Part shown: piece after piece, positions 16,754 to 24,944 of the stretch
Layout of the letters: each line of letters begins with the position of its first letter
Position numbering within the stretch: position 1 is the first letter of the stretch
IMG/VR virus record: IMGVR_UViG_3300020190_000004
Direction: 5' to 3' (one strand)
Length of the DNA stretch: 64,000 bases
Source of the DNA: a virus
Lineage: Duplodnaviria; Caudoviricetes
Made by a program: the position numbers and the translations under genes
Notes under the pieces: model-generated
Told to the model about the DNA's origin: nothing
Seen by the model: only the letters and a program-made list of their open reading frames with translations
Database searches by the model: none

Positions 16754-17753
16754 TTAATTTTTTTTCCCACTCCCAAGCGGTTCTGATGATGTCTTCTATA
16801 CCGTACTTGACTTCCCAGCCAAGTTTTCTTGATGTTCTTTCAGTGTCTGCCCAGATCGCAGGTATGTCCCCCCTTCTTCTAGGAGCAATTTCTGACTGCA
16901 CCTCCATGTTCAATATCTTTGCACATGTATGAATGATATCTTTAACACTGTACCCACACCCAGAACCCAGGTTAAACTTTCTAAAAGTATCATCTTCATC
17001 ATTTTCATATTCCATTGCGGCTATGTGGCCAAGTGCCAGGTCAGTCACGTGTATGTAATCTCTAACACATGAACCGTCTTTAGTCGGATAATCGTCTCCG
17101 TAAACTTTAACTACTTCTTCGTTTGCTATTGCATTCATGAGTATCGGAAAGAGGTTTCTCTTTACCTTTTGTTCTTCACCCAATAACCCACTATGATGGG
17201 CACCGGCTGGGTTAAAGTATCTAAGTGTGTCAACTGCAATTTTGCTATTCTTTGACCAATCATGGAGAATCTTCTCGCACATTATCTTTGTAGATGCGTA
17301 AGGAGAAGCTGGAGAAGATTCTATAAGAGTCGTTTCATCCACAGGCATTTCAGCGAACCTGTCATATACAGTGCAAGAAGATGAAAACACGAATCGCTTG
17401 AGTCCAAACTTTGCATCATCTATCGCTTTAAGCAAGTTGATTAACCCTCCTACATTGTTTTCATAGTACGATAGGGATTCTTGTGTGCTTTCTTCTACTG
17501 ACTTAAGCGCAGCAAAATGAATGATGTAATCAGGACGAGAATGTATAAAGTATTTATGAAGGTCAGATTGCCTACGCAAGTCAACATACATAAATCGAGG
17601 CTCTACACCGGTGATTTCTTTAATGCGACTTATAGCTTCGCTTTTTCCATTGGAAAAGTTGTCAATAATCTCTACATCATAGCCAGCTTGTATTAGTTCT
17701 ACTGCTGTGTGTGAACCTATGTACCCAAGGCCTCCTGTGATTAGTACTTTCAT
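16707..17753 (-). CDS. galE: UDP-glucose 4-epimerase
   Basis: TGGLGYIGSH, HFAALKSV, YYENN, FSSS, YxxxK (YASTK), LRYFNP, RDYIHV. Confidence 0.92.
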   Translation of the reverse strand: MKVLITGGLGYIGSHTAVELIQAGYDVEIIDNFSNGKSEAISRIKEITGVEPRFMYVDLRRQSDLHKYFIHSRPDYIIHFAALKSVEESTQESLSYYENNVGGLINLLKAIDDAKFGLKRFVFSSSCTVYDRFAEMPVDETTLIESSPASPYASTKIMCEKILHDWSKNSKIAVDTLRYFNPAGAHHSGLLGEEQKVKRNLFPILMNAIANEEVVKVYGDDYPTKDGSCVRDYIHVTDLALGHIAAMEYENDEDDTFRKFNLGSGCGYSVKDIIHTCAKILNMEVQSEIAPRRRGDIPAIWADTERTSRKLGWEVKYGIEDIIRTAWEWEKKLIENERKENHNEDTIS

Positions 17754-17915
17754 TAGTTAAGCGTTTCTTTATCCGATTTGTTTTCAATCTTATTCTTAAT
17801 TTTTTATTCATCTAAGAGTAAAAAGTTTTACTTTTGATCGAGGCAAATCGTATTTTCAAGAATTTTAGTATTTTTTGCAAGAGAATGCGTATTTGCTTTA
17901 AGCATTACAGCCGTT

Positions 17916-18254
17916 CTACTTTTTGTTGAAATGATCTGTGTTAGGTATGAGGTTTTGTTTCTCAAGATCCGCTGCGGTCTTGGGGTGCTTCTCTTTCATG
18001 GCCTCATACATTCGGCCCCAGTAAGAGATTTCCATTTCGTATCGCTGGTCGCGGTCACCTTCCAGGTCAAGGGAGCTTTCACATTCCTCAATTTTGAATT
18101 CAAGCGCCTCCTTTGTACGGGACAGCTGAGATTGAAGTTCTCGGTTTCCCTCTTTGATATTTTGAAGTTTGATCATCACAAAGAAGGACAACACGGTGAT
18201 TGCCAACGCATAGATGTACAAGGAGACTGTTGTAAAGTTTTTCATATTATGCAA
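17916..18254 (-). CDS. membrane-anchored coiled-coil protein
   Basis: N-terminal TM segment followed by heptad-like segment. Confidence 0.6.
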   Translation of the reverse strand: MHNMKNFTTVSLYIYALAITVLSFFVMIKLQNIKEGNRELQSQLSRTKEALEFKIEECESSLDLEGDRDQRYEMEISYWGRMYEAMKEKHPKTAADLEKQNLIPNTDHFNKK

Positions 18255-18747
18255 GTTTAAAGTTTTTTAACCAAGTTCTCAACCAAACGATGTTATCAGC
18301 GACTTTTTCGTTGTCATCAAACTTCATTTTCCATTCCTGGTATTCCGTTTCATCTGGAGTGCCGTCTGTGTAGAATGTACCAGGATAATCAGGCCAATTC
18401 ACACAGTCAAATACTCTGTCATCAACAAGAAACACTAACGCTGTTAAGCAGTCACCTAGATCTGGTTCATAAAAAGTTGCTGCCCATATTGAGTTCTCGT
18501 TTAGTGCTTGCATGTGCTGGTTAAGAGTACCTACATACTTACCGTTAAATCTACGATGATTTGTAGTTCCGCCGTTTAGTATGATGAAAGTCTTGTCCTT
18601 TTCCGCCCAATTTTTGTAAGGCATAGTACCACCCCACTTAAGACCGTATTCTACAACTGCATGCCCAAACTGTATACCTTGTTGGATAGGTGATAGGTTG
18701 AACGGAACCAAGCCGTACATTCTGTAAGTTCTTTTATTCATATTCAT
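18247..18747 (-). CDS. peptidyl-tRNA hydrolase PTH2-like protein
   Basis: LSPIQQGIQFGHA...W...TFIILN...FYEPDLGDCLTA pattern of phage PTH2-like proteins. Confidence 0.6.
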   Translation of the reverse strand: MNMNKRTYRMYGLVPFNLSPIQQGIQFGHAVVEYGLKWGGTMPYKNWAEKDKTFIILNGGTTNHRRFNGKYVGTLNQHMQALNENSIWAATFYEPDLGDCLTALVFLVDDRVFDCVNWPDYPGTFYTDGTPDETEYQEWKMKFDDNEKVADNIVWLRTWLKNFKLA

Positions 18748-18934
18748 ATTCTGTAAGCAGTATCGTTCCTGCTGAATCTTTAGATGTAGTTACGGTTACG
18801 GTGGTAGGCGTAGTCTCTTTAGCAATTTCCTCTACGATGTAGAGGTTCTCCCACTCAACATCAGTGTTTCTCATCACCCATTGTACTTGTTCTTCCCAAG
18901 TCATAAGTCGTGTTTCTCTTTCGGTTATTATCAT
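18734..18934 (-). CDS. hypothetical protein (66 aa)
   Basis: ORF tiling. Confidence 0.55.
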   Translation of the reverse strand: MIITERETRLMTWEEQVQWVMRNTDVEWENLYIVEEIAKETTPTTVTVTTSKDSAGTILLTEYEYE

Positions 18935-19073
18935 CTTTTTTAGTTTAAGCTCTCTGGCAAGTATAAGAGAGTCGGGTTTTTCTTTTGTATGTCTGGAACT
19001 TCTCCAAACTCTTTCATCTTCTTATTAAACTCCAGAACGTCAAAGCGCTTGGTGATAAAAGATGTATACATAA

Positions 19074-19415
19074 TTACCAAGTTAAAGGGTGAGCATTCAA
19101 AAATTCTTCTGTGTAAAGGTGACGATTGTCGTTATACCCAACCGTGTCTTCCCACCAGCGAATTCCCATCTTTAAGCGTGGAACCGCAAAGTTAGCAACA
19201 TCTTCTGGGTGAACGTAAAAGAACAAGTCGTTGCGACCGCCAGTATCAGGAACGGGATTTCCGCTTTCATCAAGATCGGGCAATGTCTGTACCTCAGTGT
19301 GGTACTTAGCACGAGTATTGAAAGCATCGAGCATGTATCTTTCGAAGTCTTCTTTTTCTTCTTGGCCTACGATAACCCCAGGCCAAACGCAAAGTTGTGT
19401 GTAATTGTTTTCCAT
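19074..19415 (-). CDS. hypothetical protein (113 aa)
   Basis: ORF tiling; GGRNDLFF...RWWED. Confidence 0.75.
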   Translation of the reverse strand: MENNYTQLCVWPGVIVGQEEKEDFERYMLDAFNTRAKYHTEVQTLPDLDESGNPVPDTGGRNDLFFYVHPEDVANFAVPRLKMGIRWWEDTVGYNDNRHLYTEEFLNAHPLTW

Positions 19416-19417
19416 GA

Positions 19418-19669
19418 TTAAGCAGTTTTGAATTGGTAAGAATATAGACGACGAATAATTGGGCGACCGCGTTCATCATCACCATCATCATCTTCGTAAA
19501 GATCCTCGATGACTAAGTGACTGATTGCTTCTAGTGCATGGTCAGGTAGAGTATTCCAAGAGCGGTAGCGGAAATAAGTAACCTCGCCTTTTGAACCGCG
19601 AAAGTCGATGTCAGCTGGAGCAATTCCATTGTCAGCTAAGATCTTGATGATTTCTTTTTGTATTGACAT
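19418..19669 (-). CDS. hypothetical protein (83 aa)
   Basis: Downstream of promoter copy 10. Confidence 0.7.
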   Translation of the reverse strand: MSIQKEIIKILADNGIAPADIDFRGSKGEVTYFRYRSWNTLPDHALEAISHLVIEDLYEDDDGDDERGRPIIRRLYSYQFKTA

Positions 19670-19671
19670 GT

Positions 19672-19757
19672 TTGATTAATTAATTATAGTATAAAATTAA
19701 CCAAAAGATTTGACTAATGCAAACTTTTGGGCAACTTTTTTCATAAAGTTATTAACA
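19672..19757 (-). promoter_or_regulatory. early promoter element copy 10
   Basis: Consensus match; spacing 24 nt. Confidence 0.9.
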
Positions 19758-19759
19758 AT

Positions 19760-19984
19760 TTATTCCGTGACTTCTTCAACGATTTCTTCCCACTCAACAT
19801 CAGGAACGGTTTCGCAAAACATAAAGTGGGTGCTGTCACGCAAAACATGGTCAGCGCCCAAGTGTTCTTTCCAGGCATTAAAGAGTTCAGATATAATGTT
19901 GCCTTGCTTGTCAGACACGTTATGATGTGGAAGCTTTCGCAAGATTACATAGACTTTATCGTTATGTCTGTATAGCTGTTTCAT
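19760..19984 (-). CDS. hypothetical protein (74 aa)
   Basis: ORF tiling. Confidence 0.7.
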   Translation of the reverse strand: MKQLYRHNDKVYVILRKLPHHNVSDKQGNIISELFNAWKEHLGADHVLRDSTHFMFCETVPDVEWEEIVEEVTE

Positions 19985-20388
19985 CCGCCAAACACTGATT
20001 TAAAGATTGCCATTCTTTCTTCATCTGAAAGAATTGGTGCAAGTTCATAGTCATCAACTTTGTTTGCTTCAAGGTAATCATACAGTTCTTCTGCTGTTCT
20101 GCAGATTTCGTTGCCTTGTGCATCAGACATTTTCAAATCTTCTCGCGTACCAAACTCTTTGTCGTAGAACCACCAGTAAAATGTATCAAGTCCGTTATCT
20201 CCATAGATTGTACCTATGAGGTGTGATACGATTCGGTGAAAGCTATCATTAATGTTTGTTGCATCAAGACCTGCATCATACAGTTTATCCTCGATAGTTT
20301 GTGCGTTCTTAAGTTCTCTAAGAACTTCTAAAAATACTTCTCTCTTCATGTTAGCAAGATTGCTGCAATCGTTATGAAAACAAACCAA
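19981..20388 (-). CDS. hypothetical protein (likely start MKREVF)
   Basis: ORF tiling. Confidence 0.7.
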   Translation of the reverse strand: MVCFHNDCSNLANMKREVFLEVLRELKNAQTIEDKLYDAGLDATNINDSFHRIVSHLIGTIYGDNGLDTFYWWFYDKEFGTREDLKMSDAQGNEICRTAEELYDYLEANKVDDYELAPILSDEERMAIFKSVFGG

Positions 20389-20439
20389 ATGATAATTAAA
20401 CCAGACGTAATCAAATCTTCTCGTTTCATGTTTCTGGGT

Positions 20440-20931
20440 TTACAGTGCTGATGAGTCTCCGTCATCAATTAAGTCATCTTGTAGCGCTTTCACAAGAGGG
20501 TCAATAAAGTTATCATCTTCTTCATCTTCCCACTCACTATCGCCATCTTCATCGGTTACTTTTTCTTCAATAGGTCTTTCCTCAACGAAGAACTTACCTT
20601 TGCTAGTAACTAGATCGGTAGTGTATTCAACACCAGTTACCAGGTTTCGCATTCTGCTATAACCAAGACCGATAGCAACTTGCTTGCTGTCTGCTATTAA
20701 GTAAGCGCCTCCGTCAACAGGCTTAAGTAAGATTGTGTAACGCCCGTTATGAACTTCCCATAAACCAAATATGTTGTACTTGCGTCCTTCCATTTCCACT
20801 TCACGGTCAATGTCTTCTTTAAGCAACCAAGATGCGTGAATAAACTTAGAGTGTTGATTTAAGTAGTCATAGCGAAATCTTGGCAATGACGGGCTATCAC
20901 TTGATAATGTGATGTACTGATTTCTTTTCAT
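20440..20931 (-). CDS. hypothetical protein with acidic tail (163 aa)
   Basis: ORF tiling. Confidence 0.7.
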   Translation of the reverse strand: MKRNQYITLSSDSPSLPRFRYDYLNQHSKFIHASWLLKEDIDREVEMEGRKYNIFGLWEVHNGRYTILLKPVDGGAYLIADSKQVAIGLGYSRMRNLVTGVEYTTDLVTSKGKFFVEERPIEEKVTDEDGDSEWEDEEDDNFIDPLVKALQDDLIDDGDSSAL

Positions 20932-20940
20932 GTTTTTGTA

Positions 20941-21378
20941 TTAATTGTTTGTGTTTCCGAGTTTTTCTGCCATCACTTCAAAGAGACCGCGCGATCTCAC
21001 GATGATTGGCGTTTGATTATCGTATGCGCGTAAAGCTGCAAGAAGACCGTCAGTTGCTTCCTTGCGTTCATCGCTTTCCTTTGCCCATTCATCCATGAAG
21101 CAGGCATCTTCTAATGTAGGAAAGAGCGACTCTGGTATAGGTGCACCAGCTTTCATCATAAGAACGGATAAGACTTGAAAGCCGATGTATTTTTCACCGA
21201 ACCTCACGCCTTCTATCATTGTTATGATATCGCTTAAGTTGTTTGTTAAGTCTTCTGCGGTTAGATCTGCTCGGCCTCCGCTTTCAGGAAACTTTTCTAC
21301 TTCGCATATCACAAAGATCGCATCTTCGAAATCTAAAGGCGTGTCTCCGCCTAGTATGTCTGTTGACCACCATCCCAT
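20941..21378 (-). CDS. hypothetical protein (145 aa)
   Basis: ORF tiling; MGWWS..ILGGDTPLD. Confidence 0.7.
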   Translation of the reverse strand: MGWWSTDILGGDTPLDFEDAIFVICEVEKFPESGGRADLTAEDLTNNLSDIITMIEGVRFGEKYIGFQVLSVLMMKAGAPIPESLFPTLEDACFMDEWAKESDERKEATDGLLAALRAYDNQTPIIVRSRGLFEVMAEKLGNTNN

Positions 21379-21381
21379 AGC

Positions 21382-21594
21382 TTATGAATTTAGTACTTGT
21401 TCGTAATTACCTTCTTCATTGAAGTTTTCCATCCAGAGTTTAACCAGCCTAACAGACTCTTGTCGGTTAACACCAAACTCTGCTTCTACATACGGTGCAG
21501 CACCAAACATATTGGTCTGACCACTTTCGCGTAGTGCATTCAAAAACTGTAATGCCTCGCGTTCTTCTTGAGTTGTTTCTCGTGTATCTATCAT
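21382..21594 (-). CDS. small phage protein (LRESG.TNMFGA family, DUF5049-like)
   Basis: LRESGQTNMFGAAPY motif. Confidence 0.55.
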   Translation of the reverse strand: MIDTRETTQEEREALQFLNALRESGQTNMFGAAPYVEAEFGVNRQESVRLVKLWMENFNEEGNYEQVLNS

Positions 21595-21596
21595 TT

Positions 21597-21896
21597 TTAT
21601 GAATTTAATTTTTCTAGGATTTCTCGAAGAGCGGTGGATGCTGTATAAGAATCATGTGCACCAATGTGCCACTCAATAGTTTCATCAGGACCAAATAGTC
21701 TGTATTCTTTCCAGTCATAAATTGTAAAGACTCTCTCGTCTTTGGTTTCAAAGACCCAGTCATATTGAACTTTGTCACCAGGATCGTTGCAGACAGAGTC
21801 TGGCTCACCACAGAACTCGATGATTTCGTTGACTGTGGCTCTGAAGGTCTGACCGTGGAAGCTGGTCCCGTTTGAAGATTGCGTAGTTGCTTTCAT
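21597..21896 (-). CDS. hypothetical protein (99 aa)
   Basis: ORF tiling; FTIYDWK..W.IG. Confidence 0.7.
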   Translation of the reverse strand: MKATTQSSNGTSFHGQTFRATVNEIIEFCGEPDSVCNDPGDKVQYDWVFETKDERVFTIYDWKEYRLFGPDETIEWHIGAHDSYTASTALREILEKLNS

Positions 21897-21905
21897 ATGT
21901 TTGAA

Positions 21906-22196
21906 TTAAATGTTTGCGATGATTTGTTTAAGATCTCCCTTTAAGTTCTTTTCAGTAAAGAACATATTCTCGGTTTGTTTAGCACCATGAATGACGGTAG
22001 CATGTCTCTTACAGTTAAAGCAAGCAGCGATTGACTGCAGAGAAGCTTTTGTGTAATAGCGGCAGATCCACATTGCGATGTGACGAGCGCGAACGATGTT
22101 TTCTTTTCTTGTGTCAGAAAGAATTTTTTCTGGAGAGATTCCTGTGTAGTCAGATACTGCAAGAATGATAGATTGAACTCGGTTAAAGTCTTTCAT
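21906..22196 (-). CDS. stand-alone DnaA domain IV (Bac_DnaA_C HTH) protein
   Basis: I..V..Y.GI....ILS..R...IVRARHIAMW.CR..T..SL..IA..F...HATVIHG aligns with the DnaA C-terminal domain. Confidence 0.85.
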   Translation of the reverse strand: MKDFNRVQSIILAVSDYTGISPEKILSDTRKENIVRARHIAMWICRYYTKASLQSIAACFNCKRHATVIHGAKQTENMFFTEKNLKGDLKQIIANI

Positions 22197-22393
22197 TATT
22201 TAGAAGTTTTAGAGAATGAACAAAAGAAAAGAATTACAGCCATGAACAAGCACATTAAAGCACACGCCATTTCATTAAGCGGGCCAGCAAAAGAAATGAA
22301 TTCCTGCAAGATGCCTTGACCAAGCAAGAAGAATACGAACAGTGAAGCGAATGCGCCTAACAAGTAGTTCCAGTAAATTGTAAAGTTTTTCAT
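22196..22393 (-). CDS. small two-TM membrane protein
   Basis: Two hydrophobic helices; downstream of promoter copy 11. Confidence 0.65.
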   Translation of the reverse strand: MKNFTIYWNYLLGAFASLFVFFLLGQGILQEFISFAGPLNEMACALMCLFMAVILFFCSFSKTSK

Positions 22394-22412
22394 AAAGATT
22401 AATTATTTGTAA

Positions 22413-22508
22413 TTATAGTATAAAATTAACCAAAAGATTTGACTAATGCAAACTTTTGGGCAACTTTTTTCACTAAAAAGTGTTAAAAAATGTTAAAAGT
22501 TATTAACA
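22413..22508 (-). promoter_or_regulatory. early promoter element copy 11 (extended, with additional TGTTAA half-sites)
   Basis: Consensus match; spacing 46 nt. Confidence 0.85.
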
Positions 22509-23092
22509 ACTGATTGTGCATTTAAACCAGTTTCGGTAAACATCCATCCATTCTCTCTGATGGTTTCTAAAATTGCTTCATCGGTAACTAATTCATCATA
22601 GTACGTCTCCAGTTTGCTGTATACGCTATTACATTCACTGCGTATCCACTCGGTAAGAATGTTTTCCAATCTGTTAATGTCATGTTTATCGATGCGATCT
22701 CCTTCGTGGGTAACCACTGCCTCGATTGTATATGAATGCGAGTAGTGATTAGCAAAAGAAGCATGAACTTTGGATATTCTTACGCTGTAGTCTCCGCTGT
22801 ATAAAAGAGCGTCTTCAGGAATGTTGTAGCCTTCTTCATATAGTTTTCTTACAAGCATGTCGGTGTCTACCGTATCGGAAACAAAGCAAGCACCGTCTCC
22901 TTGGCTCCAGAAACCGCTAAAGTAGAGTTCTCCTTCAAGGCCATACTCGCTTATGTCTTCTCGAAACCCTTCATACACCGGCTCCCACCAATCATGTTCA
23001 ACAAGTATGTCTCGGTACTCTTCAATTACCTCTTCGCGAACTTTAGCATCAAGTTCATCGATCGTATAGATCTTAAGGTTTACTTCTTTCAT
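22493..23092 (-). CDS. acidic hypothetical protein (FSGFWSQGDGACF family)
   Basis: ORF tiling; recurrent phage family motif. Confidence 0.75.
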   Translation of the reverse strand: MKEVNLKIYTIDELDAKVREEVIEEYRDILVEHDWWEPVYEGFREDISEYGLEGELYFSGFWSQGDGACFVSDTVDTDMLVRKLYEEGYNIPEDALLYSGDYSVRISKVHASFANHYSHSYTIEAVVTHEGDRIDKHDINRLENILTEWIRSECNSVYSKLETYYDELVTDEAILETIRENGWMFTETGLNAQSVVNNF

Positions 23093-23235
23093 TGTGATAT
23101 TTTGTTTTAATGTACTTTTGCCAATCTTCTTGTTTACGGCCGTTCACAAAGAACCAGCCGCAGTTTATCTCAAACCAAGTGTTGAGAGTAACCGCCCAGC
23201 TTCTTATCTTAAAAATAAATGTTGTAAGTTTCATA

Positions 23236-23619
23236 TTACTTATTTCTATAATTTACAACTGATTTTGCGAAGATGCCAAGTTGTTCCTCAGGATTTGCCA
23301 AGAGACGAACAGTTTGGTAATGTGTGTATGTTTTTCCTTTGTAGGCTGTAGTCTTAAAGTCTTTTGTAGTTTTGTTGAGCTGGTACATGGCATGCCCACG
23401 ACCATTGATTGTTTGGGCATTACCCCAGGGACAGTTCCCTAGTGGAACCAGCCGACGCACGTACCCGCTTTCGTACATAGCGTACTTGACGTTAGATTGT
23501 GGGTCGTTGAACATAAGTGTTCCGTTTTCTACTTGACGGTTTGAAGAGATAAACTCCAGGCCAAGTTCGTCAGCTACAGCCATGACAGATTTTCTAAAAG
23601 ATGCATTAAATTTGTACAT
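23236..23619 (-). CDS. hypothetical protein (127 aa)
   Basis: Downstream of promoter copy 12. Confidence 0.7.
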   Translation of the reverse strand: MYKFNASFRKSVMAVADELGLEFISSNRQVENGTLMFNDPQSNVKYAMYESGYVRRLVPLGNCPWGNAQTINGRGHAMYQLNKTTKDFKTTAYKGKTYTHYQTVRLLANPEEQLGIFAKSVVNYRNK

Positions 23620-23635
23620 ATACCGTTATTTTTAA

Positions 23636-23699
23636 TTATAGTATAAAATTAACCAAAAGAAACTTACCATGAAAATTTATTTTCACAAAGTTATTAACA
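23636..23699 (-). promoter_or_regulatory. early promoter element copy 12
   Basis: Consensus match (TTTTCA variant); spacing 14 nt; nearly identical to copy 7. Confidence 0.85.
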
Positions 23700-23701
23700 A
23701 T

Positions 23702-24199
23702 TTAGAATGGGTACATTGCTTCTTCAACTTTACGAAAGAAGTCACGGTCACCAAACCCCATTCTTTCGTCGGTCTGCACAAACTGATGACCAAGAGCACT
23801 TAAGTCCATGTCATCAACAGCACACCAGAGATGAGGTTGATTTTTGATTAACCAAGCTTTTATTTCACGGACTCGAATTGTCTCCAAGTCTTCTGATAAG
23901 GTTTCTTTCTCAAAGATTTCGGTAAAGCTAAAAGGTGACTTGGCTACTCCGTTAAGTTTAAAGATAGTATCAATTTCTTCCAAGTTAAAATGTATCCTCC
24001 AATCAGAAGACAAAACAATTTCTACATCATTCATGCGAATGAAGCGGTTAAATGCAATTACGCATTTTTCATCGAAGAGATAAGGAATTCCTAAGCCAGC
24101 AGCGGTTGAGTCTTTTTTGTAGAGTTTGGTTCTACGAGTTGCATATTGCTTAGGTGTGGCAAGAACACCATCAATGTCAAGAAAGATTATTCTTTTCAC
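23702..24199 (-). CDS. HAD-family phosphatase, HAD_SAK (Swiss-army-knife RNA repair) type
   Basis: IIFLDIDGVL; IVLSSDWR; WCAVDDMD; FVQTD..MG. Confidence 0.8.
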   Translation of the reverse strand: MKRIIFLDIDGVLATPKQYATRRTKLYKKDSTAAGLGIPYLFDEKCVIAFNRFIRMNDVEIVLSSDWRIHFNLEEIDTIFKLNGVAKSPFSFTEIFEKETLSEDLETIRVREIKAWLIKNQPHLWCAVDDMDLSALGHQFVQTDERMGFGDRDFFRKVEEAMYPF

Positions 24200-24216
24200 G
24201 GTATTTAATTTGTATT

Positions 24217-24243
24217 TATATACATACCGTGAAAAGAGTTCTT
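24217..24243 (-). promoter_or_regulatory. candidate ECF-type promoter (AAGAACT-N14-TATATA)
   Basis: Motif repeated upstream of six genes; 18 nt before the ATG. Confidence 0.55.
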
Positions 24244-24252
24244 GTTAAGTTT

Positions 24253-24429
24253 TTAGGATTTAGGCAGCTTAACTTTAATAGCTGTGAGTATCACCCCGAT
24301 GCCAACGGTTATCCAGAGCGGTGAAAGAAGCCAAACCCAACCCCAGCTTGCGATTGGTTGTACATTAGCTAATTTAAGAAGTGTCATTAAGATAATGACG
24401 GCAATGAATGCATTTGTGTCTTTGTTCAT
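24253..24429 (-). CDS. small membrane protein (58 aa, WGWVWLLSPLWI)
   Basis: Read manually; below the ORF-track length cut-off; W.W.W.LSPLW motif. Confidence 0.6.
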   Translation of the reverse strand: MNKDTNAFIAVIILMTLLKLANVQPIASWGWVWLLSPLWITVGIGVILTAIKVKLPKS

Positions 24430-24450
24430 ATATGTTGGTTTTTCTCGTGT

Positions 24451-24717
24451 TTACGCCATAAGTAATATAACCCAAAGAAAGATGCCGACAGGCAATAGAA
24501 AATAGCGTCCGTAATCCAGTAAGAATCCGTCCAATTCATCACAAGGGCGAAAAGTGCATCGAAGCCAAGCGGGTTGAAAAAAGTTGCGACCATTAGTAGA
24601 ATGGTCCCCGGGTTCACCTTCTTCGCTGCTTTCGTTGCCAGGTTTGCTGGTGCTTTTAATAATCGTCTCACTACTGTCCATTGTTTTTGGTTTTGTTAAT
24701 TGCCTAATCGCTTTCAT
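24451..24717 (-). CDS. hypothetical protein
   Basis: ATG 18 nt below an AATATATA motif; the overlapping 24426..24671 membrane ORF is an alternative reading. Confidence 0.35.
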   Translation of the reverse strand: MKAIRQLTKPKTMDSSETIIKSTSKPGNESSEEGEPGDHSTNGRNFFQPAWLRCTFRPCDELDGFLLDYGRYFLLPVGIFLWVILLMA

Positions 24718-24740
24718 GTGTCGGTTAACAATAGTATATA

Positions 24741-24944
24741 TTATGAATGTTTCCTCGGTTTCCGCCCTCTTTTTGTTTTAAGGCTTTCATCTTCCTTTAG
24801 CTTTGCCATTTCTTGCTTGTACAGCAAGAGTAAATAGACTTGACAAGGGTTAAGACGACCATTTTGATATGGTAATATCTTAATCATTTCTGTCATGTGT
24901 TCTAAGGCATCGAGTTTTTCTTCTCGGGTTATCTGTTCTATCAT
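24741..24944 (-). CDS. hypothetical protein (67 aa)
   Basis: ORF tiling. Confidence 0.6.
   Translation of the reverse strand: MIEQITREEKLDALEHMTEMIKILPYQNGRLNPCQVYLLLLYKQEMAKLKEDESLKTKRGRKPRKHS

Noticed and set aside
21906-22196. Truncated pseudogene of a full-length dnaA
   Set aside because: It has a clean start overlapping the upstream stop and a clean end, and no AAA+ remnant lies upstream.
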